64,000 nt of DNA from the IMG/VR virus record IMGVR_UViG_3300020462_000003, positions 10,267 to 74,266 of that record. One strand, written 5' to 3'. Of the stretch, positions 38,017 through 46,517 are shown piece after piece (positions within the stretch are counted from its first letter, which is position 1; each line of letters starts with the position of its first letter). The notes beneath the pieces are model-generated. The model made no database searches. It was given only the letters and a program-made list of their open reading frames with translations, and was not told where the DNA came from. This DNA comes from a virus. Position numbers and translations under genes: made by a program.

Positions 38017-38025
38017 AGGGGTTCC

Positions 38026-39696
38026 TCAGACAATGTAGGACGACATGCGGTCGCAGGTTTCATCTTCTTCGTCGCCTTCCCACATACCGGTGCCCTCGTT
38101 CTGGTGCAGCCCGGCCTCCTCCGAAGGCTTCCAGGCATGCAGCGAAGCCAGCATGGAGATGGTGTCAATGAAGTCGTCGTGCTTGCTCTTGAAGCCGCCA
38201 GGGGTCGCCAGCTCCAGTTCGTTAATGGCTTCCACCATCTCGGCACTGCGCTTCTTCTCGATGGGGAAGAAGATCTTCCGCGCCTTGAACAACGGCACCA
38301 CGGTGTTGAAGCGAACCAGCTTGTTGGTATTCGGACGGATACCTGGCTTGGAGTCGTTGCCCTCTGAAGCCAGCGAGAAGTAGATGTTGCGGTTCAACAT
38401 CTCGCCCTGAATCCAGGAGACGAAGCCCTGCTGCTGACCCGAGACCTCGATACCTACCTGCTGTGGTCGGTACTGCTGTGCCAGCCGGAACAGGTCATCC
38501 ACGTTCTTGGACATATCCTGCCGCTTGCAGATGCCGTCTACCCACAGCCAGTCACCGGCATTGTTGTAGGCCCAGACACTGATCACGCTGTAGTCGGACT
38601 TCTGCTTCTCACTGGTGGCAAAGTCGGTGGTGATATAGAAGTTGAACCGGCCCCGGTTACGCAGGACAGCATCGACCTTGTACCAACCAATGTCATGGTC
38701 CTGGATCAGCCGGTCTTCGTCCGACATGATCCGCAGCATCAGTTCCTGGTTGAAGGTGTCGACCTTGCCCAGCTTGACCGCATCATCGTACTGCTTCTTC
38801 ACATAGTCGTAGGTGAAGCGATCGGGCCAGCTGCCCCGGAACTCCTCCCGGCTGCAGGGGAACTGCTCGCACACCGGGAACACGTTGACCGCCCACGCTC
38901 CCGACTCCACGGCCTTGTACAGAGGGTCCTTCGCGTTGAAGGGTGTACCTGACCAGACAATGATGTTCTTGGTTGGATGCAGGGCGTAGTTGACCGCCTT
39001 GTATACCGTGTCCTCTACCGCAGAGATCACGGTGGCCGAGCGGGCGTCTTCGTCCGAGATCAAGTCATCGAGCACCGCCAGCTGTGGCCGCTTGCCCATC
39101 TCCTTGGCACCACGGACGCCGGTCTTGGCACCGTAGCCTTTGACGATGAAGATCTTGCCGTCAGCGTTGCGGAACTCCCAGCGGATATCGGTGAAGCGGA
39201 TCTCAGGTACGTACTGCTTCAGGAACTCGGAGTTATCCCAACGGAACTCCAGGTTCTTACGCATGTTCTTCACGCCGTTCTCAATTGAGTCCGACACATA
39301 CAAGGCCAGGTCCACCCGCCCGAAGTTGGGCAGCTCACCGTAGGTGGCGATGTACAGGAACAGGTACTCGCCCATCACAGTGGTCTTGGCGATACCCCGG
39401 TGACACAGGTTGATCACCCGACGCCCACCCTCGGTGAGGGTATCGAGCATCTTGTAATGCACCAGGGGCGTTTTGTTCTCCTCGCCCTGCGCCCCGTTCA
39501 CCAGCTTGATGAAGGTGACGAACTCCAGAGCAAAGTCACTCGGCACATAGCTCGGGTCGACCGTGTAGTCAGTGGCAGCCAGGTACTGCTCCACCTTCCA
39601 CGGTGCCAACGCCTCGGCAACAGGGTCAGCAGCCAACGCACCCGTCACGCCCATGGCCATCCCGGCTATCGCCGAAGCCAGCTTGGTCATGGTCAT
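38026..39696 (-). CDS. terL: terminase large subunit (N4 gp68-like)
   Basis: HRGIAKTT, VLDDL, GTPF, ITTDFA, HDDFIDT. Confidence 0.93.
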   Translation of the reverse strand: MTMTKLASAIAGMAMGVTGALAADPVAEALAPWKVEQYLAATDYTVDPSYVPSDFALEFVTFIKLVNGAQGEENKTPLVHYKMLDTLTEGGRRVINLCHRGIAKTTVMGEYLFLYIATYGELPNFGRVDLALYVSDSIENGVKNMRKNLEFRWDNSEFLKQYVPEIRFTDIRWEFRNADGKIFIVKGYGAKTGVRGAKEMGKRPQLAVLDDLISDEDARSATVISAVEDTVYKAVNYALHPTKNIIVWSGTPFNAKDPLYKAVESGAWAVNVFPVCEQFPCSREEFRGSWPDRFTYDYVKKQYDDAVKLGKVDTFNQELMLRIMSDEDRLIQDHDIGWYKVDAVLRNRGRFNFYITTDFATSEKQKSDYSVISVWAYNNAGDWLWVDGICKRQDMSKNVDDLFRLAQQYRPQQVGIEVSGQQQGFVSWIQGEMLNRNIYFSLASEGNDSKPGIRPNTNKLVRFNTVVPLFKARKIFFPIEKKRSAEMVEAINELELATPGGFKSKHDDFIDTISMLASLHAWKPSEEAGLHQNEGTGMWEGDEEDETCDRMSSYIV

Positions 39697-39779
39697 AGGC
39701 CGATCTCCGATTCAAGCCTGCCTACCACCCATGCCAGGGCAAATGCGCCAATAACAACCAGAGAAAACCAGGCACTCAT
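39693..39779 (-). CDS. 28-aa membrane peptide
   Basis: Own translation MSAWFSLVVIGAFALAWVVGRLESEIGL; overlaps both neighbours. Confidence 0.5.
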   Translation of the reverse strand: MSAWFSLVVIGAFALAWVVGRLESEIGL

Positions 39780-40468
39780 TGCAGGCGCTCCCCTTCAACG
39801 TCGATCACCAGCTTGCTGTGCGCCACCTCCTGGGCATTCATGGCCCCAGCCTCCAGCATCAGCCGCTGCTGGCGAGCGAGAGCCAGGGTGGTCTCACGCA
39901 GAGCCTGGATGGAGCTGTCCTCCTTCACGTTCACGTCCAGCTCGACCTTCTGGGTCTCCGGCATCTTCAGGTGCGTGAGCAGGGAGTTGGCCGCATCACA
40001 ACGCACCTTCTCGCTATTGGCACTCACCATCAGCTCGGCCTGCACATTCAACGCCTTCTGGTACAGGTCCTGGTTCAACACGTAATGCGGAACCAGGGTT
40101 TGCTCGAAGATCAGGTTGACCAACTTGGACTTGTTGTACGCCGAGACATAACTGGCTATGTCCTTGGCAGTCACACCCTGATTGATAAAGCCCTGGTACT
40201 TGGACGGGAAGGTCTTCATGTACGCATCGATGTTGGAACAACCCAACAGCTTGTGACTGACGTACTTCACTGCATCGATGTAGTTGGAGATCTTGAACCG
40301 ACCGTCCGCCATCACCTTGGTGTAACTCAGCAAGTTATCCCGGTACTGCTCGTACATCTCAGGATCAGCCAGTGTCTTGTTGACGGCATCAATCAAGTCC
40401 TGGCTTACCGACTTCTTCACCTTGTCAGGCAAAGCTCGCTGGAATTGTTCAAGAGTAAGTGCGGACAT
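39776..40468 (-). CDS. N4 gp69-like protein (putative small terminase)
   Basis: AVKYVSHKL, SAYNKSKLV, SEKVRCDAANSLLTHLK; upstream of terL. Confidence 0.75.
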   Translation of the reverse strand: MSALTLEQFQRALPDKVKKSVSQDLIDAVNKTLADPEMYEQYRDNLLSYTKVMADGRFKISNYIDAVKYVSHKLLGCSNIDAYMKTFPSKYQGFINQGVTAKDIASYVSAYNKSKLVNLIFEQTLVPHYVLNQDLYQKALNVQAELMVSANSEKVRCDAANSLLTHLKMPETQKVELDVNVKEDSSIQALRETTLALARQQRLMLEAGAMNAQEVAHSKLVIDVEGERLQ

Positions 40469-40708
40469 GAAGGAACCCCTATTCACCATATAGGGTGAAC
40501 ATAGTATGGAGTTGGGACTTAAAGACAAAATCGGAGTGAGTGGAAGTGTACGGAAGGAAAGGTATTTAGCGAAATTGGGTCCTCGGGTTTTGGGAATTTT
40601 TATAATTTGGGTACTGACCTAGTACTTACAGTTTCTTACCTCAAAAACTAAACCACCCCCCCCCATTACTCCGTACACGTATTCACCACCTACCTACCCA
40701 CTACCACC

Positions 40709-40728
40709 AGGCTTCGCCTAAGTATGGA
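40709..40728 (+). promoter_or_regulatory. vRNAP hairpin early promoter 1
   Basis: aggc-TTC-gcct aagtat GGA. Confidence 0.7.
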
Positions 40729-40763
40729 TCAATCTCGATCCTTCCCTGATCAGGAGCTACACC

Positions 40764-40991
40764 ATGTGGGACGCCATCTTCGCCGCTATCACCGCTGCCT
40801 TCCAATCCGTAGGCACCGTATGTCACGCAGCCAACACTGCAGCTGACTCCATCCATGACCTTGCCAAAGTAGGCAAAGTCCACAGCCAAAAGCTCCTGCT
40901 TGAGGCTGAACTCGAATCCGAGGAATCCATCTTCACCATGCGTACATCACTGGACGCCAAGAAGAAACTCCTCATCACGCAACAGCCGTAA
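40764..40991 (+). CDS. early hypothetical protein (first early gene)
   Basis: SD aggag; followed by a terminator. Confidence 0.75.
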   Translation: MWDAIFAAITAAFQSVGTVCHAANTAADSIHDLAKVGKVHSQKLLLEAELESEESIFTMRTSLDAKKKLLITQQP

Positions 40992-40995
40992 CACC

Positions 40996-41024
40996 AGGGA
41001 CCCTTCGGGGTCCCTACCCTTTTT
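40996..41024 (+). terminator. intrinsic terminator
   Basis: agggaccc ttcg gggtccct ... ttttt. Confidence 0.7.
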
Positions 41025-41095
41025 AAAGCACACACCTTTAAAGCACACAAAGAGCACACACCTTAGACAGTGTTATCAGAGATACAGTAGATCAC

Positions 41096-41116
41096 CGGGC
41101 TTCGCCCGAGAGTGGA
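41096..41116 (+). promoter_or_regulatory. vRNAP hairpin early promoter 2
   Basis: cgggc-TTC-gcccg agagt GGA. Confidence 0.75.
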
Positions 41117-41155
41117 ATGAGAGCAGTCAGCTCTCTCAACTCTTTGAGGTGATGT

Positions 41156-41380
41156 ATGTTTCATACTCAGGTCCCTGTCTCTACTGAACTTGATGCCATC
41201 GAGTTCTTCAACACACTCGAAGAGTGTGAGGAATACTGCGAAGGAGTACTCATGTACTCCCTTCCAGAAGAGGATGGATTCTTCATCTGGAAAGGTACGG
41301 AACTGGCATGCACAGTTGCCCGTAATCCTTGGAACAATGAAGTATTCGCTTACCGCGAAAGTAACTTCGATTCCTTCTAA
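41156..41380 (+). CDS. early hypothetical protein (acidic)
   Basis: SD gaggtga. Confidence 0.65.
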   Translation: MFHTQVPVSTELDAIEFFNTLEECEEYCEGVLMYSLPEEDGFFIWKGTELACTVARNPWNNEVFAYRESNFDSF

Positions 41381-41445
41381 TCCCAAACCGATACACACCC
41401 GATAAGTTGCTTGTCGGGTGCATCCTCATGTCTGGAGACAGTGTT

Positions 41446-41622
41446 ATGGACAACTACCATGTTGTTGCCTACTTCGAGTACCACTCCAAGAAGTGTGGTC
41501 TGCATACCTTCGGTGGTATGAGCATGTATCACCTTGCTACTCGTGAACTCTTCGATGCGCGTACTCATTCCATGTACGGGTATCTCGTTTCGCCTGCTTG
41601 CGATACAGACATTCCTTTCTAA
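41446..41622 (+). CDS. early hypothetical protein
   Basis: SD ggag; MDNYHVVAYF...DTDIPF. Confidence 0.55.
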   Translation: MDNYHVVAYFEYHSKKCGLHTFGGMSMYHLATRELFDARTHSMYGYLVSPACDTDIPF

Positions 41623-41635
41623 TTCCGAGGTTCCT

Positions 41636-41782
41636 ATGCAACCCACTGTCTCTCTGCTCATCACCACTGTCCTTGTATTCCAGCTTGTTGTTGTTGGTCT
41701 GATCTTCAACCACAACATGCCCAACTGGTGTGCTACTCCAGAAGTAGGACACAACTACCTGCTTCAACCTTTCTGCAAGTAA
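41636..41782 (+). CDS. early small membrane protein
   Basis: SD gaggt; single transmembrane segment. Confidence 0.55.
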   Translation: MQPTVSLLITTVLVFQLVVVGLIFNHNMPNWCATPEVGHNYLLQPFCK

Positions 41783-41806
41783 TCACACATCTCTTCAGTT
41801 AATCAG

Positions 41807-41828
41807 GCGAACTCCGTTCGCTTGAGGA
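41807..41828 (+). promoter_or_regulatory. vRNAP hairpin early promoter 3
   Basis: gcgaac-TCC-gttcgc ttga GGA. Confidence 0.65.
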
Positions 41829-41855
41829 AGTGAGTTCATCTAAAGGACTTCAGTT

Positions 41856-41939
41856 ATGGACATTCACGACAAACTCACACTGGTATTCAGTGGAGTCAGT
41901 ATTGCCCTTATCTTCGGAAAACTGGGAGGTCTGATATGA
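41856..41939 (+). CDS. 27-aa hydrophobic peptide
   Basis: Own translation MDIHDKLTLVFSGVSIALIFGKLGGLI; SD aagga. Confidence 0.45.
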   Translation: MDIHDKLTLVFSGVSIALIFGKLGGLI

Positions 41940-42106
41940 CCTTCCCTCTTCCCCTGATCGAGGTTGACGAGCATTCCGTCGCCTCGTTGTACATCTGCGA
42001 TGAAGATCAGCTCGTGTCAGTCGATAGCGTGGAAGCCACTCTGGCCCATGCCATCGAGGACTACTACGCAAGCCGTGGCTACTACGTGGCCATCGAGCTG
42101 GCTTGA
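41936..42106 (+). CDS. early hypothetical protein (56 aa)
   Basis: Own translation MTFPLPLIEVDEH...; SD ggaggt. Confidence 0.6.
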   Translation: MTFPLPLIEVDEHSVASLYICDEDQLVSVDSVEATLAHAIEDYYASRGYYVAIELA

Positions 42107-42142
42107 GTCAGCTTCACCTCTTTAAGCGTTCCCATCGTCCAC

Positions 42143-42163
42143 CCGGCTTCGCCGGAGAATGGA
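42143..42163 (+). promoter_or_regulatory. vRNAP hairpin early promoter 4
   Basis: ccggc-TTC-gccgg agaat GGA. Confidence 0.75.
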
Positions 42164-42205
42164 TAGAGCAGCCTGCTCAACACTACCCATGCAAGGAGAT
42201 TCACC

Positions 42206-42478
42206 ATGGCTTTTAATTCCAATGCCCGTAACAACCAGCCTGCTGTTGCCAACGACAACTGGAAGGCTCAAGGATTCATCAACATCTACCTGCCGACACC
42301 GGATGGTGGTCGTCGTAAGATCGGTTCGATCGCTCTGAAGGAATCGAAAGCCTACGAGGCTGCGCTGCTCAAGCGTCTGTCGACTGATCCTCTGGCCATC
42401 CAGAAGATGGCTGAAGCGATCCAGCTGGACTTCCAGCTCGCTGACAAAGAGGTGAAGGAAAACGAACTCGGTTTCTGA
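42206..42478 (+). CDS. ssDNA-binding RNAP II cofactor (N4 gp2 / LUZ7 Drc-like)
   Basis: WKAQGFINIYLP...RRKIGSIAL motif; early-region position. Confidence 0.7.
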   Translation: MAFNSNARNNQPAVANDNWKAQGFINIYLPTPDGGRRKIGSIALKESKAYEAALLKRLSTDPLAIQKMAEAIQLDFQLADKEVKENELGF

Positions 42479-42497
42479 TCCACCTCTGTGGCATCCA

Positions 42498-42532
42498 AGG
42501 CCTGCTTCCCTCAAGGGGGAGTGGGCCTTTTT
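42498..42532 (+). terminator. intrinsic terminator
   Basis: aggcctgcttccc tcaa gggggagtgggcct tttt. Confidence 0.75.
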
Positions 42533-42554
42533 ATTATGCGTCGTTTTCGTCAGA

Positions 42555-42574
42555 CAGCTTCGCTGGAGGATGGA
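42555..42574 (+). promoter_or_regulatory. vRNAP hairpin early promoter 5
   Basis: cagc-TTC-gctg gaggat GGA. Confidence 0.7.
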
Positions 42575-42675
42575 ATCACCTACCTGTGTCGCTGACAGTG
42601 GACTCCCTTCGGGGAAGCACAGGCGATTATCCAGAGCCGTGTTGCACGGGCTTTTTACCCATCAAGGAGTGAACC

Positions 42676-42987
42676 ATGACCACCCTCGAAAAGCTGCAAA
42701 TGCACCTGATCAGCCCTGCCATTCACCAGCACTTGCCGGGACACTTCCATAAGGAAGTTGCTGCGTCTGTGCGTTGTGCTGACGGCACCACAATGTCGGT
42801 GCAAGCCAGTGAGCACGCTTACTGCTCACCGCGTACCAACTTCGGTCCTTATACCCAAGTGGAGGTCTGGCGCTGTGGTGAGGTGCCTGCATGGGCTGAA
42901 TACGGCGATGGTGAAGAACCGTATGCCTACCTTCCCATTGAATTGGTAGTGGAAGAAATAGACCGTCGAGGCGGTTTCGCAAATTGA
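42676..42987 (+). CDS. conserved phage hypothetical protein
   Basis: CADGTTMSVQAS..YCSPR...VEV...YAYLP...RGG; SD aaggag. Confidence 0.7.
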   Translation: MTTLEKLQMHLISPAIHQHLPGHFHKEVAASVRCADGTTMSVQASEHAYCSPRTNFGPYTQVEVWRCGEVPAWAEYGDGEEPYAYLPIELVVEEIDRRGGFAN

Positions 42988-43030
42988 CCAGAAGCCCCGA
43001 TTCAAGGGCTTCGTTGTATCTGGAGTAACC

Positions 43031-43297
43031 ATGAGCCACACCGTTGTAGCCGTCGACAAAACCACCGACACCATCGTCCACATTCAGGTGGAAGATTTGT
43101 CGGACTTCAATGCCCTTGACGCAGCTCACCTGCTGTACGAGCGGCCCAAGCTGGTGCTGTTCATACCCCAGATCCACAAAGACATAGTGCATTCGCACAT
43201 GCGCTATCACCGCAGCCGTGGCTGTGTGAAGCACCGTCTCTGCCATATCACCGATATCCCTGCACGAGTCCGTGCTGCGTTTCTACTTGCCCACTGA
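43031..43297 (+). CDS. early hypothetical protein (shared C-terminal motif)
   Basis: SD ggag; ends DIPARVRAAFLLAH. Confidence 0.7.
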   Translation: MSHTVVAVDKTTDTIVHIQVEDLSDFNALDAAHLLYERPKLVLFIPQIHKDIVHSHMRYHRSRGCVKHRLCHITDIPARVRAAFLLAH

Positions 43298-43309
43298 AAG
43301 GAATCCTCA

Positions 43310-43528
43310 ATGTCCGTATCTGCTCTGCGTTACCTGCACACCCCAACCAACAAAGAACACGCTGTGCGTGTGGCCTCTCTGCATGACGCTCGGGAGATCG
43401 TATCTGCCCTTGATCAGCAGAAGGTTAAGGGCATCCGCATCAGCTACTTCAGTGATTACCACCACTGTGAGGTGATCACTCACCAGTTCACTGATGGCGA
43501 GTTCATCACCACCCGGAAGCGGGTGTGA
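43310..43528 (+). CDS. hypothetical protein
   Basis: SD aagga. Confidence 0.65.
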   Translation: MSVSALRYLHTPTNKEHAVRVASLHDAREIVSALDQQKVKGIRISYFSDYHHCEVITHQFTDGEFITTRKRV

Positions 43529-43791
43529 GCGTCCAGTACCTGTGCCTGAAGCGTGGCGTGCTTCAGCACCACATTGAGCCAGATGAGGATTGGCTGGAAT
43601 TCCCTTCTCGTTACCTCAAGGCCAACCCTCATGCCGCTGTATATCGCAAGCGGCATACAGGTGGACAGTACCTGCGATATGCCTATGACAAGGCCAAACG
43701 TCACCCACGCCAAATGCGTTCGACCGTGATGGAACGTCACGAGCTACCGCCTGAAGTACAGGCAGCCATGCTGCTGCTTGATATCAAATAA
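43525..43791 (+). CDS. early hypothetical protein (shared C-terminal motif)
   Basis: GTGA overlap; ends ELPPEVQAAMLLLDIK. Confidence 0.65.
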   Translation: MSVQYLCLKRGVLQHHIEPDEDWLEFPSRYLKANPHAAVYRKRHTGGQYLRYAYDKAKRHPRQMRSTVMERHELPPEVQAAMLLLDIK

Positions 43792-43805
43792 CCAAGGAGA
43801 GATCC

Positions 43806-44786
43806 ATGTCCCATCCCACTCTGATGCTGCCGTACGACCTGCAGTTGGCCAACGAACACCGGTTCTCCAAGCATCACATCGACCGCTATATCCGCAAGGA
43901 GATAGCAGCCAATGAGTGGATGCAGGCCAAGGTGCAAGAAGGCGTTCAGCTGCTTAATGACTGGCTGTCTGGCCAGTACTACGAATCCAAGATGGCACGA
44001 CTGGAACAGGTCCGTGCCCTTGATCTGGAGGAGTTGGTACTGACCATCTTCACCCAGATCGCCTACTGCCAGCGTGACGAGCTGTTCACTTCGGTGACGG
44101 CTCAGCTGGCAGGCAGACTGCACTTCAGCGAGAAGCGTGAAGGCATCCAGACCATCGCTGAGATGGTGGCTGTGCTGTGTGCGACAGACGTGTTCGATAT
44201 CAACAAGTACAGCAACGCTGCCAGCTTGATGATCCAGAGCCGTATCCCACTCAGTGAGGAGCTGCTGCAGTACATCTACGAATCACGGTTCCTGCCACCC
44301 ATGGTCTGCACACCCAATGTGGTCACGCACAATCATGAGTCAGGCCACCTGACCCACAACGATTCGTTGGTACTGGGCAAAGGCAATCACCATGACGGTG
44401 ACCTCTGTCTGGACGTGATCAACCTGCAGAACCAGATCCCGCTCAAACTGGACTTGGACTTTCTGTGTGCCTTGGAAGAGGAACCCAACAAACCCTTCAC
44501 ACTGGAGAACGTGAAGGACAAGGCCCTTGAGGAAGGGGACGTGCTTACCGATGCCCAAGCCAAGGAGATCCTGCAACAGCAGATCGACAACTGGGACACC
44601 TTCAAGGCCGAGTCCAACGACATGTATATCCTGATGTTGAACCAAGGCAATCGCTTCCACCTGACCAACAAGGTGGACAAGCGAGGGCGTCTGTATGCCA
44701 TCGGTTATCACATCACCACTCAAGGCAGTGCCTTCAAGAAGGCTGTCATTGAGCTGGCTGACGAAGAGATCGTGGAGGGTGTGTGA
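43806..44786 (+). CDS. RNA polymerase II subunit 1 (N4 gp15-like)
   Basis: LPPMVCTP; VDKRGRLY..GYHITTQG (T7-family DxRGR motif). Confidence 0.9.
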   Translation: MSHPTLMLPYDLQLANEHRFSKHHIDRYIRKEIAANEWMQAKVQEGVQLLNDWLSGQYYESKMARLEQVRALDLEELVLTIFTQIAYCQRDELFTSVTAQLAGRLHFSEKREGIQTIAEMVAVLCATDVFDINKYSNAASLMIQSRIPLSEELLQYIYESRFLPPMVCTPNVVTHNHESGHLTHNDSLVLGKGNHHDGDLCLDVINLQNQIPLKLDLDFLCALEEEPNKPFTLENVKDKALEEGDVLTDAQAKEILQQQIDNWDTFKAESNDMYILMLNQGNRFHLTNKVDKRGRLYAIGYHITTQGSAFKKAVIELADEEIVEGV

Positions 44787-44986
44787 AGACGTACGTTGTG
44801 TTCTACGGAACACAGGTGTACGGCGAGTACACCCCAGTCACATGGCCTGATGATCTACCAGATGGTGCTTACGCCATCACGCCGTTCGGTAACTGGATTC
44901 GTATTAATCACGGAATTCACCTGCCTTGTGATCCGGACGATGTACCTGCCGTAGTGAAGACACTAGCCCTAATCTTGGGGCGTTAA
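44783..44986 (+). CDS. hypothetical protein between RNAP II subunits (shared C-terminal motif)
   Basis: GTGA overlap; ends DVPAVVKTLALILGR. Confidence 0.65.
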   Translation: MKTYVVFYGTQVYGEYTPVTWPDDLPDGAYAITPFGNWIRINHGIHLPCDPDDVPAVVKTLALILGR

Positions 44987-45061
44987 ACCCCAACCTAATC
45001 AATCGCTTACCGGTGTGAACAACACCGGGACGGCATCCTATTGCCCAAAGGAATTGAAACC

Positions 45062-46297
45062 ATGATGAAATTCACAGGCTTTGAATACTTGCTGATCGAC
45101 GCTGCCAACAACTTTGGTCTCGACAAGCTCCGCTTCGAAGATCGCATCCAATGGGCACGGGACAACCTTGACCATCTGGAGGACCTACTCGATCAGGCTG
45201 AAACCAAGCCGCTGTACCTCAAGGCTGTGATGGCCATCCGCAAGGCGCAGAACCGTGAACCCACTGGCCACCTCGTGGCTATGGATGCCACCTGCTCCGG
45301 TGTGCAGATCATGTCTGTACTCACTGGCTGCATGGCAGGTGCCAAGGCCACTGGTCTGGTTGATCCTGACCGTCGTGCCGATGCCTACAGTGACCTGAAC
45401 GAGTGCATGAATGGTTTGCTGGGTGGCGGATTCTCCGTACCACGCAAGGACACCAAGCAGGCACTGATGACCAGCTGCTATGGCTCCAAGAAGGTGCCAA
45501 AGGTGCTGTTCGGTGAAGGTACTGAAGAACTCAACGCCTTCTATGAGGCGGTCGAGATCGTGGCACCCGGTGCATGGGAACTGCTGCAGGACCTGTTGGC
45601 CAGCTGGCAGGCCTACTCACTGTGCCATGCGTGGAAGCTGCCTGACGGCTTCGATGCCAAGGTCAAAGTGATGGTTAAGCAGGAGGCTCGTATCGAGGTG
45701 GATGAGCTGGATCACGCCACCTTCACCTACGAGTACTACGTCAACGAGGGTGAGAAGACTGGCCGTGCCAACGTGGCCAATGTCATCCACTCCATCGACG
45801 CCTTCATCCTGCGTGAGTTGCTGCGTCGCTGTAACTACGACTTCAACGTAGTGAGCTATGCCAACGATCTGATCGAGACTGAGCTACTGGAGCGTAATCT
45901 GAATGGCTGGAACCACCCACAAACGGACTCGGATATCGAGTACTTCAGTGCGCAGTTCATGCGCAGTGGCCAAGCCAGTGTGGTGATCCTGCCTTACCTC
46001 AACGAACACAACGTATCCAGTCTGGGAACGTGGCACCTGCAAGTGCTTAAAGGCATCACCAACCAGATGTTGCAATACAACCCCTTCCCGGTGATTACCA
46101 TCCATGACTCGTTCGCGGCTCATGCCAACAACGTCAATTGGGTGCGTCACTGGTACAAGGAGATCCTTGCAGAACTGGCTGACTCGGAAGTCCTCAGCGA
46201 CATTCTGAGCCAGATCCATGGTGTAGCGGGCAACGTGCCCAAGCGCATGCAGAACCTTAGTGCCCTGATTCGCCAGTCCAACTATGCACTCTCCTGA
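45062..46297 (+). CDS. RNA polymerase II subunit 2 (N4 gp16-like)
   Basis: MDATCSG, KQALMTSCYGS, IHSIDA, TIHDSF. Confidence 0.92.
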   Translation: MMKFTGFEYLLIDAANNFGLDKLRFEDRIQWARDNLDHLEDLLDQAETKPLYLKAVMAIRKAQNREPTGHLVAMDATCSGVQIMSVLTGCMAGAKATGLVDPDRRADAYSDLNECMNGLLGGGFSVPRKDTKQALMTSCYGSKKVPKVLFGEGTEELNAFYEAVEIVAPGAWELLQDLLASWQAYSLCHAWKLPDGFDAKVKVMVKQEARIEVDELDHATFTYEYYVNEGEKTGRANVANVIHSIDAFILRELLRRCNYDFNVVSYANDLIETELLERNLNGWNHPQTDSDIEYFSAQFMRSGQASVVILPYLNEHNVSSLGTWHLQVLKGITNQMLQYNPFPVITIHDSFAAHANNVNWVRHWYKEILAELADSEVLSDILSQIHGVAGNVPKRMQNLSALIRQSNYALS

Positions 46298-46340
46298 GTT
46301 GAACAGGTGCGCTCCGCGCACTCGATGAAGCAACTCCTCT

Positions 46341-46370
46341 TGCAGCCCTTCGGGGTTGCATCTTTTTTTT
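46341..46370 (+). terminator. intrinsic terminator
   Basis: tgcagccc ttcg gggttgca tctttttttt. Confidence 0.85.
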
Positions 46371-46517
46371 CCAGCACCCGCACAGCTGAACGAAGACAGT
46401 CATAGAAGTATTGGAGAACTTCTCCAAACTACTAAACCGATATTCTAACTTTCGGAAAGACAGTCATTTCTACCATGTGCTGCCGATAGACAGACTCCCT
46501 CTTTAGGACCCCCTTTA

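Noticed and set aside
43806-46297. Split RNA polymerase as a novelty or frameshift
   Set aside because: A heterodimeric RNAP II with small intervening genes is normal for N4-like phages.
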